Source of the DNA: Candidatus Latescibacterota bacterium
Lineage (GTDB): Bacteria > Latescibacterota > UBA2968 > UBA8231
Length of the DNA: 64,000 nucleotides
Direction of reading: 5' to 3'
Assembly: GCA_965223905.1 (NCBI GenBank)
Contig: CBDCXV010000001.1
Span: 960,001 to 1,024,000 of the forward strand
This document shows positions 18,873-27,244 of this stretch, one piece after another. Position 1 is the first letter of the stretch, and each line of letters starts with the position of its first letter. The position numbers and the translations under genes were made by a program. Under the pieces are notes generated by a model. It was given only the letters and a program-made list of their open reading frames with translations. It was not told where the DNA came from and searched no databases.

Positions 18873-19670
18873 CTATCGCCGGTACAGAGCCTCGAACCGG
18901 TCGCTGGCTTCCCACCCCAGGAGCCGCCCGGCCTTGTCGGGCCGGTACTTGTCGTGGGGCAGGCGCGCACAGATGAAGAAATCCTCGTACGTCGACGGCA
19001 TCTCCGGGGCCCGCAACCCGTACAGGAACGCCTCCCCGGTATCCTCCCAGGAGGTCGTGTAGGGATGCACGCCGCGCCCTTGTTCTTCGGGCAGCACTTC
19101 CCGTGGGCGGAAATGCGTATAGACGAAGGAGAGCACTTCCAGGTTTTCGCGCTCGGCAAAGACGCGGGTGATGTGCCCTCCTAGATACTTGCTCAGCGCG
19201 TAGAGGTCGTCCCCTGGATGGAGCGGGATGCCGGCTTCCACCTGGAAATCGTTCCAGTAGTCGGCGTTGTGTTCCAGCGAGGTGTGAAAAGGCCCGGTGT
19301 GGATCAGCCTTTTCACTCCGCAGGCGACGCATGCCTTGGCGACGTTGAAGGCGCCTGCCATGTTGACCTGGAAGGCCAGCACCGGATGCGGCCGGATCAC
19401 GGACACATTGATGGCCGCGTCCATGCCCTCGCAGGCGGCAAGCACCTGCGCGTAGTCGGTAATATCGACGGCCCGGTTTTCGTGCGGCGATCCCAATACC
19501 TCCGGGATCGGCGCCCTGGGATTCTGCGGCGGCGCGGCCGCGACTTCCGTCATCGGCCGGAGATCGGTAACCCGCAACCTGTAATGGGCTTTGAGCGCGG
19601 AGATCGCCGACGCGCCGACCGGGCCGCCCGCTCCGAACAACACCACCTTGCCTTCGTTCACCGTTGCCAT
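18873..19670 (-). CDS. NAD-dependent epimerase/dehydratase (uronate dehydrogenase-like extended SDR)
   Basis: VLFGAGGPVG, VN..GAFNV, YALSK (YxxxK). Confidence 0.8.
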   Translation of the reverse strand: MATVNEGKVVLFGAGGPVGASAISALKAHYRLRVTDLRPMTEVAAAPPQNPRAPIPEVLGSPHENRAVDITDYAQVLAACEGMDAAINVSVIRPHPVLAFQVNMAGAFNVAKACVACGVKRLIHTGPFHTSLEHNADYWNDFQVEAGIPLHPGDDLYALSKYLGGHITRVFAERENLEVLSFVYTHFRPREVLPEEQGRGVHPYTTSWEDTGEAFLYGLRAPEMPSTYEDFFICARLPHDKYRPDKAGRLLGWEASDRFEALYRR

Positions 19671-19683
19671 GATTCAACCCCCC

Positions 19684-20283
19684 TCAGGCGAAGCGTCCGC
19701 TCGACGCCACGTGCGCAAGCGACCAGTGGTGCCCTTCGCGCTCGGCAGCCAGGGCCTGGCGCACGGCCTCCGCGGCGTCGCCGGCCATGGTCTCGGCATC
19801 CAGCTGACCGAGGCGCAGACAGCGCACCTCGATCTTTCCGGTGCGCGCGATCTCGCGGCCGACCAGCTCGGCCATGTGCGGTGCCAGGGCGGCCGCCTCG
19901 GCCCTCGGAAGAGCGTTCCACTGCGGATCGACCAGGTATTCCTCCGGGTAGTCCCGCACCAGATCGAGACAGCTCAGCAGCACTGCTTTCTCAATACCCG
20001 CGGCACAGGCCGCGGTCAGCGCCACGTAGGTACCCCGAGCCGCGGCGTCGAGCAGGGCCTGTTCGCCGTCCCCGGCCGGATCGCCGCCAGCCGCGTGAAC
20101 GATGGCCTCTACGCCTGCCAGCGCCGCGTCTACCGCCTCGCGCTGGAGCAGGTCGACCTGCCGGTAGTCGGCCAGGTCGCTGGTGTCTTCTGCGCCGAGC
20201 GGCACCACCTCCAACCCCGCGCCCAACTCCGCCGCCAGCAGCGCTCCCCAGGGGCGGTCGGCGCCGATTATCGCCACGCGCAT
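19684..20283 (-). CDS. NAD(P)-binding Rossmann protein, degenerate SDR/epimerase-like
   Basis: MRVAIIGA, ALAGVEAIVH, AARGTYV, CLRLG; no YxxxK; GAGGAG RBS. Confidence 0.65.
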   Translation of the reverse strand: MRVAIIGADRPWGALLAAELGAGLEVVPLGAEDTSDLADYRQVDLLQREAVDAALAGVEAIVHAAGGDPAGDGEQALLDAAARGTYVALTAACAAGIEKAVLLSCLDLVRDYPEEYLVDPQWNALPRAEAAALAPHMAELVGREIARTGKIEVRCLRLGQLDAETMAGDAAEAVRQALAAEREGHHWSLAHVASSGRFA

Positions 20284-20337
20284 GGTATCTCCTCTACCAG
20301 AACAGGAATGTTTTGGGAAAGTTGTGAAGTACTCATC

Positions 20338-20451
20338 CTCGAGGTATGAACCGGGAACCTGTCCCCGTTAAGCGGCCTGCCAGGAACGAACATGGACTTC
20401 AGCGATACCCCTCGCATCTTCGGGATGGCCATTTCTGAATATTCGGGACAC
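20338..20451 (-). pseudogene. GNAT acetyltransferase 5' remnant with a nonsense codon
   Basis: EDARGIAEVHVRSWQAA*RGQVPGSYLE; TAA sits where the intact paralogue at 18051 has Tyr (AWRTAYAGIVPAGHLD). Confidence 0.6.
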
Positions 20452-20926
20452 AAGAACCATCTCCTGAAGCGTCCGCGCCATATCACGTGCTGACTTGGGT
20501 GGCGGTCCGCGTTTGTCGTGGCGGAAGTGGGTATCAGATCTCCAGATGCGATCGAATCCGGGGCTGACATTTCGCCGATCTCTCCTCTGCAATGAAGCGT
20601 TGTTGCCCGTCGTCTTTTAGCGGCTACCAGGATGCCACTTTGCCGGGGGACCACAAGGGGGGCTGGCGGTTCCGCCGGAAGCGGCCCCCGGGCTGCGAAC
20701 GGGAGGAGAGCCGCCGGAAAACTCGATCCGACGCTATCTGCGGGCCAACGGTTGTGCCCGATTCCGGGCCGGGTGCCCGATCCCGACTCGTCCTGACGCA
20801 CCCCTGCGCTGGTGGAAAGCCCGGCCGTCCCGCCTGCACTGGTTTTTTTCCGAGCTCCGCCTGTTTGCGTACAGCGTCGGGTATGGCTTTGGTATTCGGC
20901 TTCCTCTGACTGGAATCCCCACTCTC

Positions 20927-22912
20927 ATGGAATCGGTTTCCTCCTCATCGACAGATACGGCCGCGCCGGCAGCATCGCCCGATCTCCGTTCCGGCCTGAC
21001 CCTCCGCTCCGCCTTTCTCGGGCTCTGCGTCGTGCTCCTCATCTGCATCGGCGCCCCCACTTCCATCTGGATGGTCGGCTCCTCGGAGGTCACCTGGTCG
21101 TTCTTCCCGGTAAGCGTCGGCTTCTCCTTCATCGCCATCGTCCTGGCCAACGGCCTCGTCAAGAAGCTGAAACGCTCCTGGGCCCTGCAGACGCCGGAGC
21201 TGATCACCATCGTCACCATGGGGCTGGTCACCAGCGGCATCCCGATTTTCATCGTCGGAACGCTGCTGTCGATTCCCTCCAAACCGTATTACGGGGCCAC
21301 CCCGGAGAACCAGTGGGCGGTGTACCTGCAGCCGTACCTGCCGGAGTGGATCATCCCCAGCCCCGACAACGACGCCATGCGCTACTTCTACGAGGGCTCC
21401 CCGCGCGGCATGCCGGTGCCGTTCGATGCCTGGCTGGGACCGCTGGCATGGTGGCTGAGCATCATCCTCGCCGTCTACTTCCTCAGCTTCTGCGTCGTCG
21501 TCGTCATGCGCCGGCAGTGGGTGGACAACGAGCGCCTGGTGTTTCCCGTAACCGAGGTTCCTCGCCTGCTCGCCGAGGACCAGCCGGGCCGCAGCCTGCC
21601 CCCCATCCTCAACTCGCGCGCCTTCTGGATCGGCTGCGCCGTGCCGCTGGGGGTCATCCTCTTCAACGCCATCAGCTTCTGGCATCCCGGCTTCCCGCAG
21701 CTCGACGTCCACCGCGGCATCTCCTTCTCGCTGTTTCCGGGAGCGCCGGACATTCTCCTGCGGATGTATTTCCCGGTCGTCGGCTTCGTCTACCTGATCG
21801 CCACGCCGATTTCGTTCAGTGTCTGGTTCTTCTATCTCCTGCTGACCGCAGAGGCCGCGGTCGCCAACTGGGCGGGGCTGACGGTCACCCCGGACGCCTA
21901 CATCTACAGCCCGACGCAGGCGCTGTCCTGGCAGTGCGGCGGCGCCTTCGCGGCGATGGTGGTCTGGGGCTTCTGGATGGCGCGCCGGCACCTGCGCGCG
22001 GTGCTGCGCTCGGTCTTCCGGCGCACCGGCGAGCTCGACGACTCCCGGGAGATGTGCTCCTACCGCCTCGCCGTGATCGGCGGCATCGCCGCGGCCGTGT
22101 ACATCCTCGCCTGGTTCTGGAAATCGGGGATCGATCTCTACATCGCGGTGCTGCTGCTGGCCTCGGTGATGATCGTCTACGTCGGCCTGACCCGCCTGGC
22201 GATCCAGTCGGGGGTGCTCTACATCACCGCGACCTTCAGCCCCCAGGCGCTGACCACGGCGATCACCGGGACAGACGTAAACCCGCACGCCCTGGTGGGG
22301 ATCGCCCTGTCGTACTCCTGGGCCAGCGACATCCAGTCGATCTTCATGACCGCCGCGGCCCACGGGGCCCGTCTCAACGAGCTCGGACGCCACCAGAGGC
22401 GGTTGGCGATCGCCATAGCCATCGCCGTCGTCGTCGGGTTCGCCGTCAGCATCTACTTCCTGCTGGTCATCTGCTACAAGCACGGGGCGGGCAACTTCCG
22501 CTCCTGGTTCTTCGACCCCGGGGCAGGGGCAGGGGGCCGCGCCTTCGACGAGGTGACCCGCCGTCTCGGCGACCCGAAGACCACGGACTGGACCAAGCTT
22601 TCCCTGTTCGGGGGCGGAGCCCTGGTGTACTCGATCCTGTCCGTCTGCCAGTACCGATTTTCCTGGTGGCCGCTGCACCCGGTCGGCCTGACCATGGCCT
22701 CGCTCTGGAACATGCGGCTGATCTGGACCGCGGTGTTCATCGCCTGGGCCTGCAAGGTGGTCGTCATGAAAACGGGGGGGATCACCCTGTACCGGGATCT
22801 GCGCCCCTTCTTCATCGGCCTGATCGTCGGTTTCTACCTGGGCGTCGGCATTTCGTACGGGATCGATCTGACTTGGTTTTTCGGCAAGGGTCATGCCATT
22901 CTGCATGGGTGA
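20927..22912 (+). CDS. DUF6785/DUF6784-like polytopic membrane protein (putative OPT-like transporter)
   Basis: 661 aa with many TM helices; RRQWVDNERLVFP, WWPLHPVG, LRPFFIGLIVG motifs. Confidence 0.75.
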   Translation: MESVSSSSTDTAAPAASPDLRSGLTLRSAFLGLCVVLLICIGAPTSIWMVGSSEVTWSFFPVSVGFSFIAIVLANGLVKKLKRSWALQTPELITIVTMGLVTSGIPIFIVGTLLSIPSKPYYGATPENQWAVYLQPYLPEWIIPSPDNDAMRYFYEGSPRGMPVPFDAWLGPLAWWLSIILAVYFLSFCVVVVMRRQWVDNERLVFPVTEVPRLLAEDQPGRSLPPILNSRAFWIGCAVPLGVILFNAISFWHPGFPQLDVHRGISFSLFPGAPDILLRMYFPVVGFVYLIATPISFSVWFFYLLLTAEAAVANWAGLTVTPDAYIYSPTQALSWQCGGAFAAMVVWGFWMARRHLRAVLRSVFRRTGELDDSREMCSYRLAVIGGIAAAVYILAWFWKSGIDLYIAVLLLASVMIVYVGLTRLAIQSGVLYITATFSPQALTTAITGTDVNPHALVGIALSYSWASDIQSIFMTAAAHGARLNELGRHQRRLAIAIAIAVVVGFAVSIYFLLVICYKHGAGNFRSWFFDPGAGAGGRAFDEVTRRLGDPKTTDWTKLSLFGGGALVYSILSVCQYRFSWWPLHPVGLTMASLWNMRLIWTAVFIAWACKVVVMKTGGITLYRDLRPFFIGLIVGFYLGVGISYGIDLTWFFGKGHAILHG

Positions 22913-23012
22913 ACCGGGTCTCGACCCCGGCGTCGGCATTTCGTACGGAATCGACCTGACCTGGTTTTTCGGCAAGGGTCATGCCATCCTGCACGGGTGA
23001 ACCGGGTCTCGA
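22841..23012 (+). repeat. Tandem direct duplication (2 x 84 bp, 4-bp spacer) of the DUF6785 gene 3' end
   Basis: 22841-22924 vs 22929-23012: 79/84 identical, covering the stop codon and ACCGGGTCTCGA. Confidence 0.95.
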
Positions 23013-23077
23013 GGCCCCGGGGCCCGTATATTCTCGCTGAAATTCCGGCCAGTCACCGATCTCACGGAGGTGGGCCA

Positions 23078-23608
23078 ATGGCCAGAGCAGTGATCGTGGT
23101 CGACATGCAGAACGGCTTCATGACTCCGGGCGGCATGCTCTACTGCGGCGACGGGGCCCGCGAGATCATCGCCCCCCTGCGCGCCCGCGTCGAGCGGGAA
23201 AAAGCCGCCGGCGCGGCCGTCTTCTTCACCCAGGACACGCACGCGCCCGACGACGCCGAGTTCGAGATGTTCCCCCCGCACTGCGTCGAGGGTTCCGGCG
23301 AGGAGGAGATCATCCCCGAGCTGGCCGACCTCGCAGCGGGCGCCCGCATCGTCCGCAAGCGCCGCTACTCCGCTTTCTTCGAGACCGACCTGGCGGCGCA
23401 GCTGCAGGAGCTGCAGCCGGAGGGGGTCGTCGTCGTGGGGGACTGCACCGACATCTGCGTGCTGCACACCGTTTCCGGACTGCGCAACCGCGACTACAAG
23501 GTGGAAGTGCCGGCCGACTGCGTCGCCAGCTTCGACCCGGAACAGCACGAGTGGGCCCTCGGGCACATGGAGAGGATCCTCGGTGCCCGGGTCACCAACC
23601 GCGGCTGA
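23078..23608 (+). CDS. pncA: Nicotinamidase (isochorismatase family cysteine hydrolase)
   Basis: VVDMQNGF, QDTH, FPPHC, KRRYSAF, GDCTDICV; GGAGG RBS; adjacent to NAPRTase. Confidence 0.8.
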   Translation: MARAVIVVDMQNGFMTPGGMLYCGDGAREIIAPLRARVEREKAAGAAVFFTQDTHAPDDAEFEMFPPHCVEGSGEEEIIPELADLAAGARIVRKRRYSAFFETDLAAQLQELQPEGVVVVGDCTDICVLHTVSGLRNRDYKVEVPADCVASFDPEQHEWALGHMERILGARVTNRG

Positions 23609-23614
23609 AGCAGC

Positions 23615-24622
23615 GTGCAGCCGGCCCCGCAACGACTGTTCGCGCCGAGTGCGGCGACGCTGGAGGGGGAGAACGCCGACGTCTACTTCCGGCGCACCGC
23701 GCGCATCCTCGACGCCGAAGGGCTCGATCCCGTGGTGGCGGCGGAGGTGTTCGCGCGCCGGCGATCCCTGCTGTGCGGAATGCGCGAGGCGCAGGCCCTG
23801 CTGCGGGAGGCCCTGGCAGGAGAAGGGGAGGTCTGGAGCCTGGAGGAGGGCAGCTGGTTCGAGCCGAAGGAAGTGGTTCTCCGGGTGCGCGCCCGTTACC
23901 GCCGGTTCTGTCTCTACGAAACCGCCCTGCTCGGCATGCTCAGCAGCGGCACCGGCTGGGCGACCGCGGCCGCTTCCTGCGTCGAGGCCGCGGCCGGCAT
24001 CCCGGTGATCAGCTTCGGGGCCCGCCACCTGCATCCCGACGCCAGCAGCCGCATGGAGTACGCCGCCTGCGTAGGCGGCTGCAGCGGCTGCGCGACCACG
24101 TCCGGCGCACGGCTGGCGGGCCTGGAGCCGAGCGGCACCCTGCCGCACGCCCTGATCCTCGTCGCCGGCGACACCCTGGAGGCGACGCGGATGTTCGACC
24201 GCGTGATCGAGGAAGACGTCGACCGCATCGCCCTCGTCGACACCTTCCTCCCCGAACCCGAGGAGAGCGTACGGGTCGCCGGGGCGCTGAAGGAGCGGCT
24301 CTGGGGGGTGCGTCTCGACACCGCGAGCGAAAGGGGCGGGGTCACTGCGGAGCTGGTCGCCGAGACGCGCCGGCGGCTGGACGAGGCGGGGCACCGGAAC
24401 GTCAGAATCGTCGCCTCGGGCGGCATCGACGCCGGGCGCATCCGATATTTTGTCGAGGCGGGGGCACCCGTCGATGCCTTCGGGGTGGGAAGCGCCATCA
24501 GCGCCGCCCCGGCAGTGGACTACACCATGGACCTCAAGGAAGTGGACGGCCGTCCGGTCGCCAAGCTCGGCCGCGTGCGGGGGATTTCGGAAAATCCGAG
24601 ACTGAAGCGAGTTTCCATATAG
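23615..24622 (+). CDS. pncB: Nicotinate phosphoribosyltransferase (short, archaeal-like type)
   Basis: DVYF, YETALLG, SFGARH, GTLPHAL, LVDTF, GVRLDT, ASGG, FGVGS. Confidence 0.82.
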   Translation: MQPAPQRLFAPSAATLEGENADVYFRRTARILDAEGLDPVVAAEVFARRRSLLCGMREAQALLREALAGEGEVWSLEEGSWFEPKEVVLRVRARYRRFCLYETALLGMLSSGTGWATAAASCVEAAAGIPVISFGARHLHPDASSRMEYAACVGGCSGCATTSGARLAGLEPSGTLPHALILVAGDTLEATRMFDRVIEEDVDRIALVDTFLPEPEESVRVAGALKERLWGVRLDTASERGGVTAELVAETRRRLDEAGHRNVRIVASGGIDAGRIRYFVEAGAPVDAFGVGSAISAAPAVDYTMDLKEVDGRPVAKLGRVRGISENPRLKRVSI

Positions 24623-24630
24623 AGAGAGGA

Positions 24631-25770
24631 ATGAAGATGCGCGAGTACGAATTCGCCAGTGGCTGCACCAATCCGGCGACGTTCCCGGTCGAGGCGCTGG
24701 CCCGGGCGGCCGCGTCGGCGATACAGGAAGTCGGCGAGGCCTTCGTCCGCTACCCGGGAGACCTCGGTCACGCAGGGCTGCGGGAGGTCATGGCCCATAG
24801 GGAATCGGACCGCGAGGGAATCGAGGTCTCGCCGGACAGCATCGCCCTCACCAACGGCTCGATGCAGGCCGTGACCCTGGTGGCGGAGGCCCTGATGAAG
24901 GGGAAGGAGGATATCGTCGTCACCGAGGAGCTGACCTACAGCGGAACCATAGCCGTGTACCGCAGACTCGGCATAGAGATGGTGGGGGTGCCGCTCGACG
25001 ACCACGGCATGCGCGTCGACGCTCTCGAGGAGACCCTGCGGCGCCTCCACGACCAGGGGACTCCGCCGCGGTTCATCTACACCCTCGCCAGCTACCAGAA
25101 CCCGACCGGCTCGGTGATGCCGCGGGCCCGCCGCCTCGAGCTCCTCGAAGCGGCGCGGCGTTTCGACTGCATCGTCGTCGAGGACAACTGTTACGCCGAC
25201 GTCCATTTCGAGGGGGAGAAGGAGCCGGCCCTGTACGCCCTCGACGACGGCCCCAACCAGGTCTACATCTGCTCGCTGTCGAAGATTTTCGGTCCCGGCG
25301 TCCGCCTCGGCTACTTCATGGCGCGGCCCCCGCTGCTCGGGCGGATCCTCGACCGCCGCTACGACGGCGGCAACAGCCTGCTGGCCGCCGCCATCCTCGC
25401 CCAGTACTTCCGCGGCCGGTTGTGGGATCACTGCGCGCGCACCAACGCCGCCCTGAAGAAGAAGCGGGACGCCCTGTTCGAGGAGCTGGAACGCGGCGTC
25501 GGCGACATCTGCACCTGGTCGCGTCCTGTCGGGGGGCTGTTCGTCTGGGTGACGCTTCCCGAAGGGATCGATCTGGGAAAGCTCGAAGACCTCGCCGCGG
25601 AACGGGGAGTGCGCTACGCCGCAGGGGCCGGCTTCCACGTGCGCAACGTCGAGGTGCCCAACATCCGCCTCGCCTTCGGCTACACCTCCAGGGCGGATAT
25701 CCGCGAAGGCATTCCGCTGCTGTGCGAGTGCATTCGCGAGGCGTGTGGCAAGGAGGCGGCAGCCGCTTGA
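24631..25770 (+). CDS. PLP-dependent class I/II aminotransferase (2-aminoadipate transaminase-like)
   Basis: YQNPTG, VEDNCY, SLSKIFGPGVRLG, GGLFVW. Confidence 0.88.
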   Translation: MKMREYEFASGCTNPATFPVEALARAAASAIQEVGEAFVRYPGDLGHAGLREVMAHRESDREGIEVSPDSIALTNGSMQAVTLVAEALMKGKEDIVVTEELTYSGTIAVYRRLGIEMVGVPLDDHGMRVDALEETLRRLHDQGTPPRFIYTLASYQNPTGSVMPRARRLELLEAARRFDCIVVEDNCYADVHFEGEKEPALYALDDGPNQVYICSLSKIFGPGVRLGYFMARPPLLGRILDRRYDGGNSLLAAAILAQYFRGRLWDHCARTNAALKKKRDALFEELERGVGDICTWSRPVGGLFVWVTLPEGIDLGKLEDLAAERGVRYAAGAGFHVRNVEVPNIRLAFGYTSRADIREGIPLLCECIREACGKEAAAA

Positions 25771-25909
25771 GGCCGGGCTACGCTGCGTCCTTGGTTATTC
25801 CTACGCCTCGGGATGCCGGTCTACACGGTTTTTCCCTTTACCTAAGCTAAGAGCAGTTCCAGTCGCAAGACGGGGCACCTCATTGTCGCCGAAGTCACTG
25901 AGGAACAAG

Positions 25910-26854
25910 ATGACAGAAGATCGACCATCATTGAAAATCTCGAGTGTTTCCGAGAGGGACATCGATCTCCTTCTCCTTGAAGAGTTCATGTCTTCGTCTG
26001 ATTTCTGCCAGCGATTCCTGGATACTATCGGCATACATGATCGGAAATGTCGTTTTGCTGCCGGCGAACGGTCGGCAACCGATGAAACGGGGGAGAGCGA
26101 TCTGGAGATCGGATTCGACGGGCCCGATAAGAGACGGTTGTTGTTCTTGATAGAGAACAAGATCAACGCGCAATTTCAACCCAAACAGGCCCAACGGTAT
26201 CGCGAACGAGGTTGTAACTATTACCGTAATGGAAAATGTCAGGAGTTTACCACTGTATTGTTCGCTCCCGCTGCGTACTTCAGTACCGAAAGAATGGGAT
26301 TCGATAAGCGCGTAGACTATGAACAGGCCAAGGACTGGATCGAGGGTTCCAACCTTCCTGCAGGGAGGAGCCTGTACAAGGCGGCGCTTCTCAGTTTGGC
26401 GATTGAAAAAAGTTCATCGAGATATCAAGCCACCGATCCCCAGGTCACAAAATTCTGGCGCGAGTACTGGGGTCTTTGCATGGATGATGCGCCGGAACTC
26501 GGGATGCCGGAACCCGGTCCGAAACCGGCCGGATCGACCTTCATCTATTTTCTGGATGCGGACATTCCCGATGGCTTGTCGCTTGTGCACAAACTGCATA
26601 AGGGATTCTTCGACCTGCAATTTGCCGGAAGGGGCGGTGACACGGCGAAAATGGGCATCGAGTATGGCCACCTCCTTTCCGAGGGCATGAGAATCGACCG
26701 TGCCGAAAAATCCGCAGTAATCCGAATTTGTGTACCGAGTATGTCGGTGGCTAGAGCGTTTGCGGAGCAGAAAGACGCCGCGTTTGAAGCCTGGAAGGAA
26801 GGGCGAAGGCTTTTGCAGTGGGTACAGGAGAACGGTGCCCGAGTCTCGTCTTAA
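25910..26854 (+). CDS. PD-(D/E)XK nuclease family protein (lower GC)
   Basis: ERDIDLLLLEEF, GESDLEI, LIENKI...QPKQAQRY; GAGGAA RBS; AT-richer codons than neighbours. Confidence 0.75.
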   Translation: MTEDRPSLKISSVSERDIDLLLLEEFMSSSDFCQRFLDTIGIHDRKCRFAAGERSATDETGESDLEIGFDGPDKRRLLFLIENKINAQFQPKQAQRYRERGCNYYRNGKCQEFTTVLFAPAAYFSTERMGFDKRVDYEQAKDWIEGSNLPAGRSLYKAALLSLAIEKSSSRYQATDPQVTKFWREYWGLCMDDAPELGMPEPGPKPAGSTFIYFLDADIPDGLSLVHKLHKGFFDLQFAGRGGDTAKMGIEYGHLLSEGMRIDRAEKSAVIRICVPSMSVARAFAEQKDAAFEAWKEGRRLLQWVQENGARVSS

Positions 26855-27244
26855 TTTTGAGGCGAATATCCATATCTCGTCAAAAAAAATCGCGATGCGA
26901 GATCGACCCGTATCGGAACACGACGGCTCTACGGCGGCCAAATGGCGCCGGCTGTTTTTCGGAAGTGGCCCCCACCGCTTTTCCGACTTTCAGCGGGTTT
27001 CTTTGGCAGTCCGTCAAAAGCGGCTGGGTTCAGAGCGCACTCAGGGATCGGATTGAACCACAAGCGAATGTCGGTTTCGGCCAGGACTTGCCTGCTCATT
27101 CCCCAACACGAACCCTATCCTCCCGTTGGATATGCGGCGCTGTTTCTGGCGCGCCCTGCCCCCGAGCCCCCTGCCGTTGTCCATTGGGAGAAGTGGCGTC
27201 TTCCGGCATCCGGTTTCTGAAGGCTCCCGATACACACCCTTGAA

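Noticed and set aside
22841-23012. DGR template/variable repeat pair or CRISPR repeat
   Set aside because: Differences are silent, mostly T/C and not adenine-specific on the coding strand; only two copies with a 4-bp spacer; no reverse transcriptase or cas gene in the window
25771-26900. Integron cassette origin for the solitary nuclease gene
   Set aside because: No attC-like RYYYAAC...GTTRRRY structure flanks it and no integrase is present in the window
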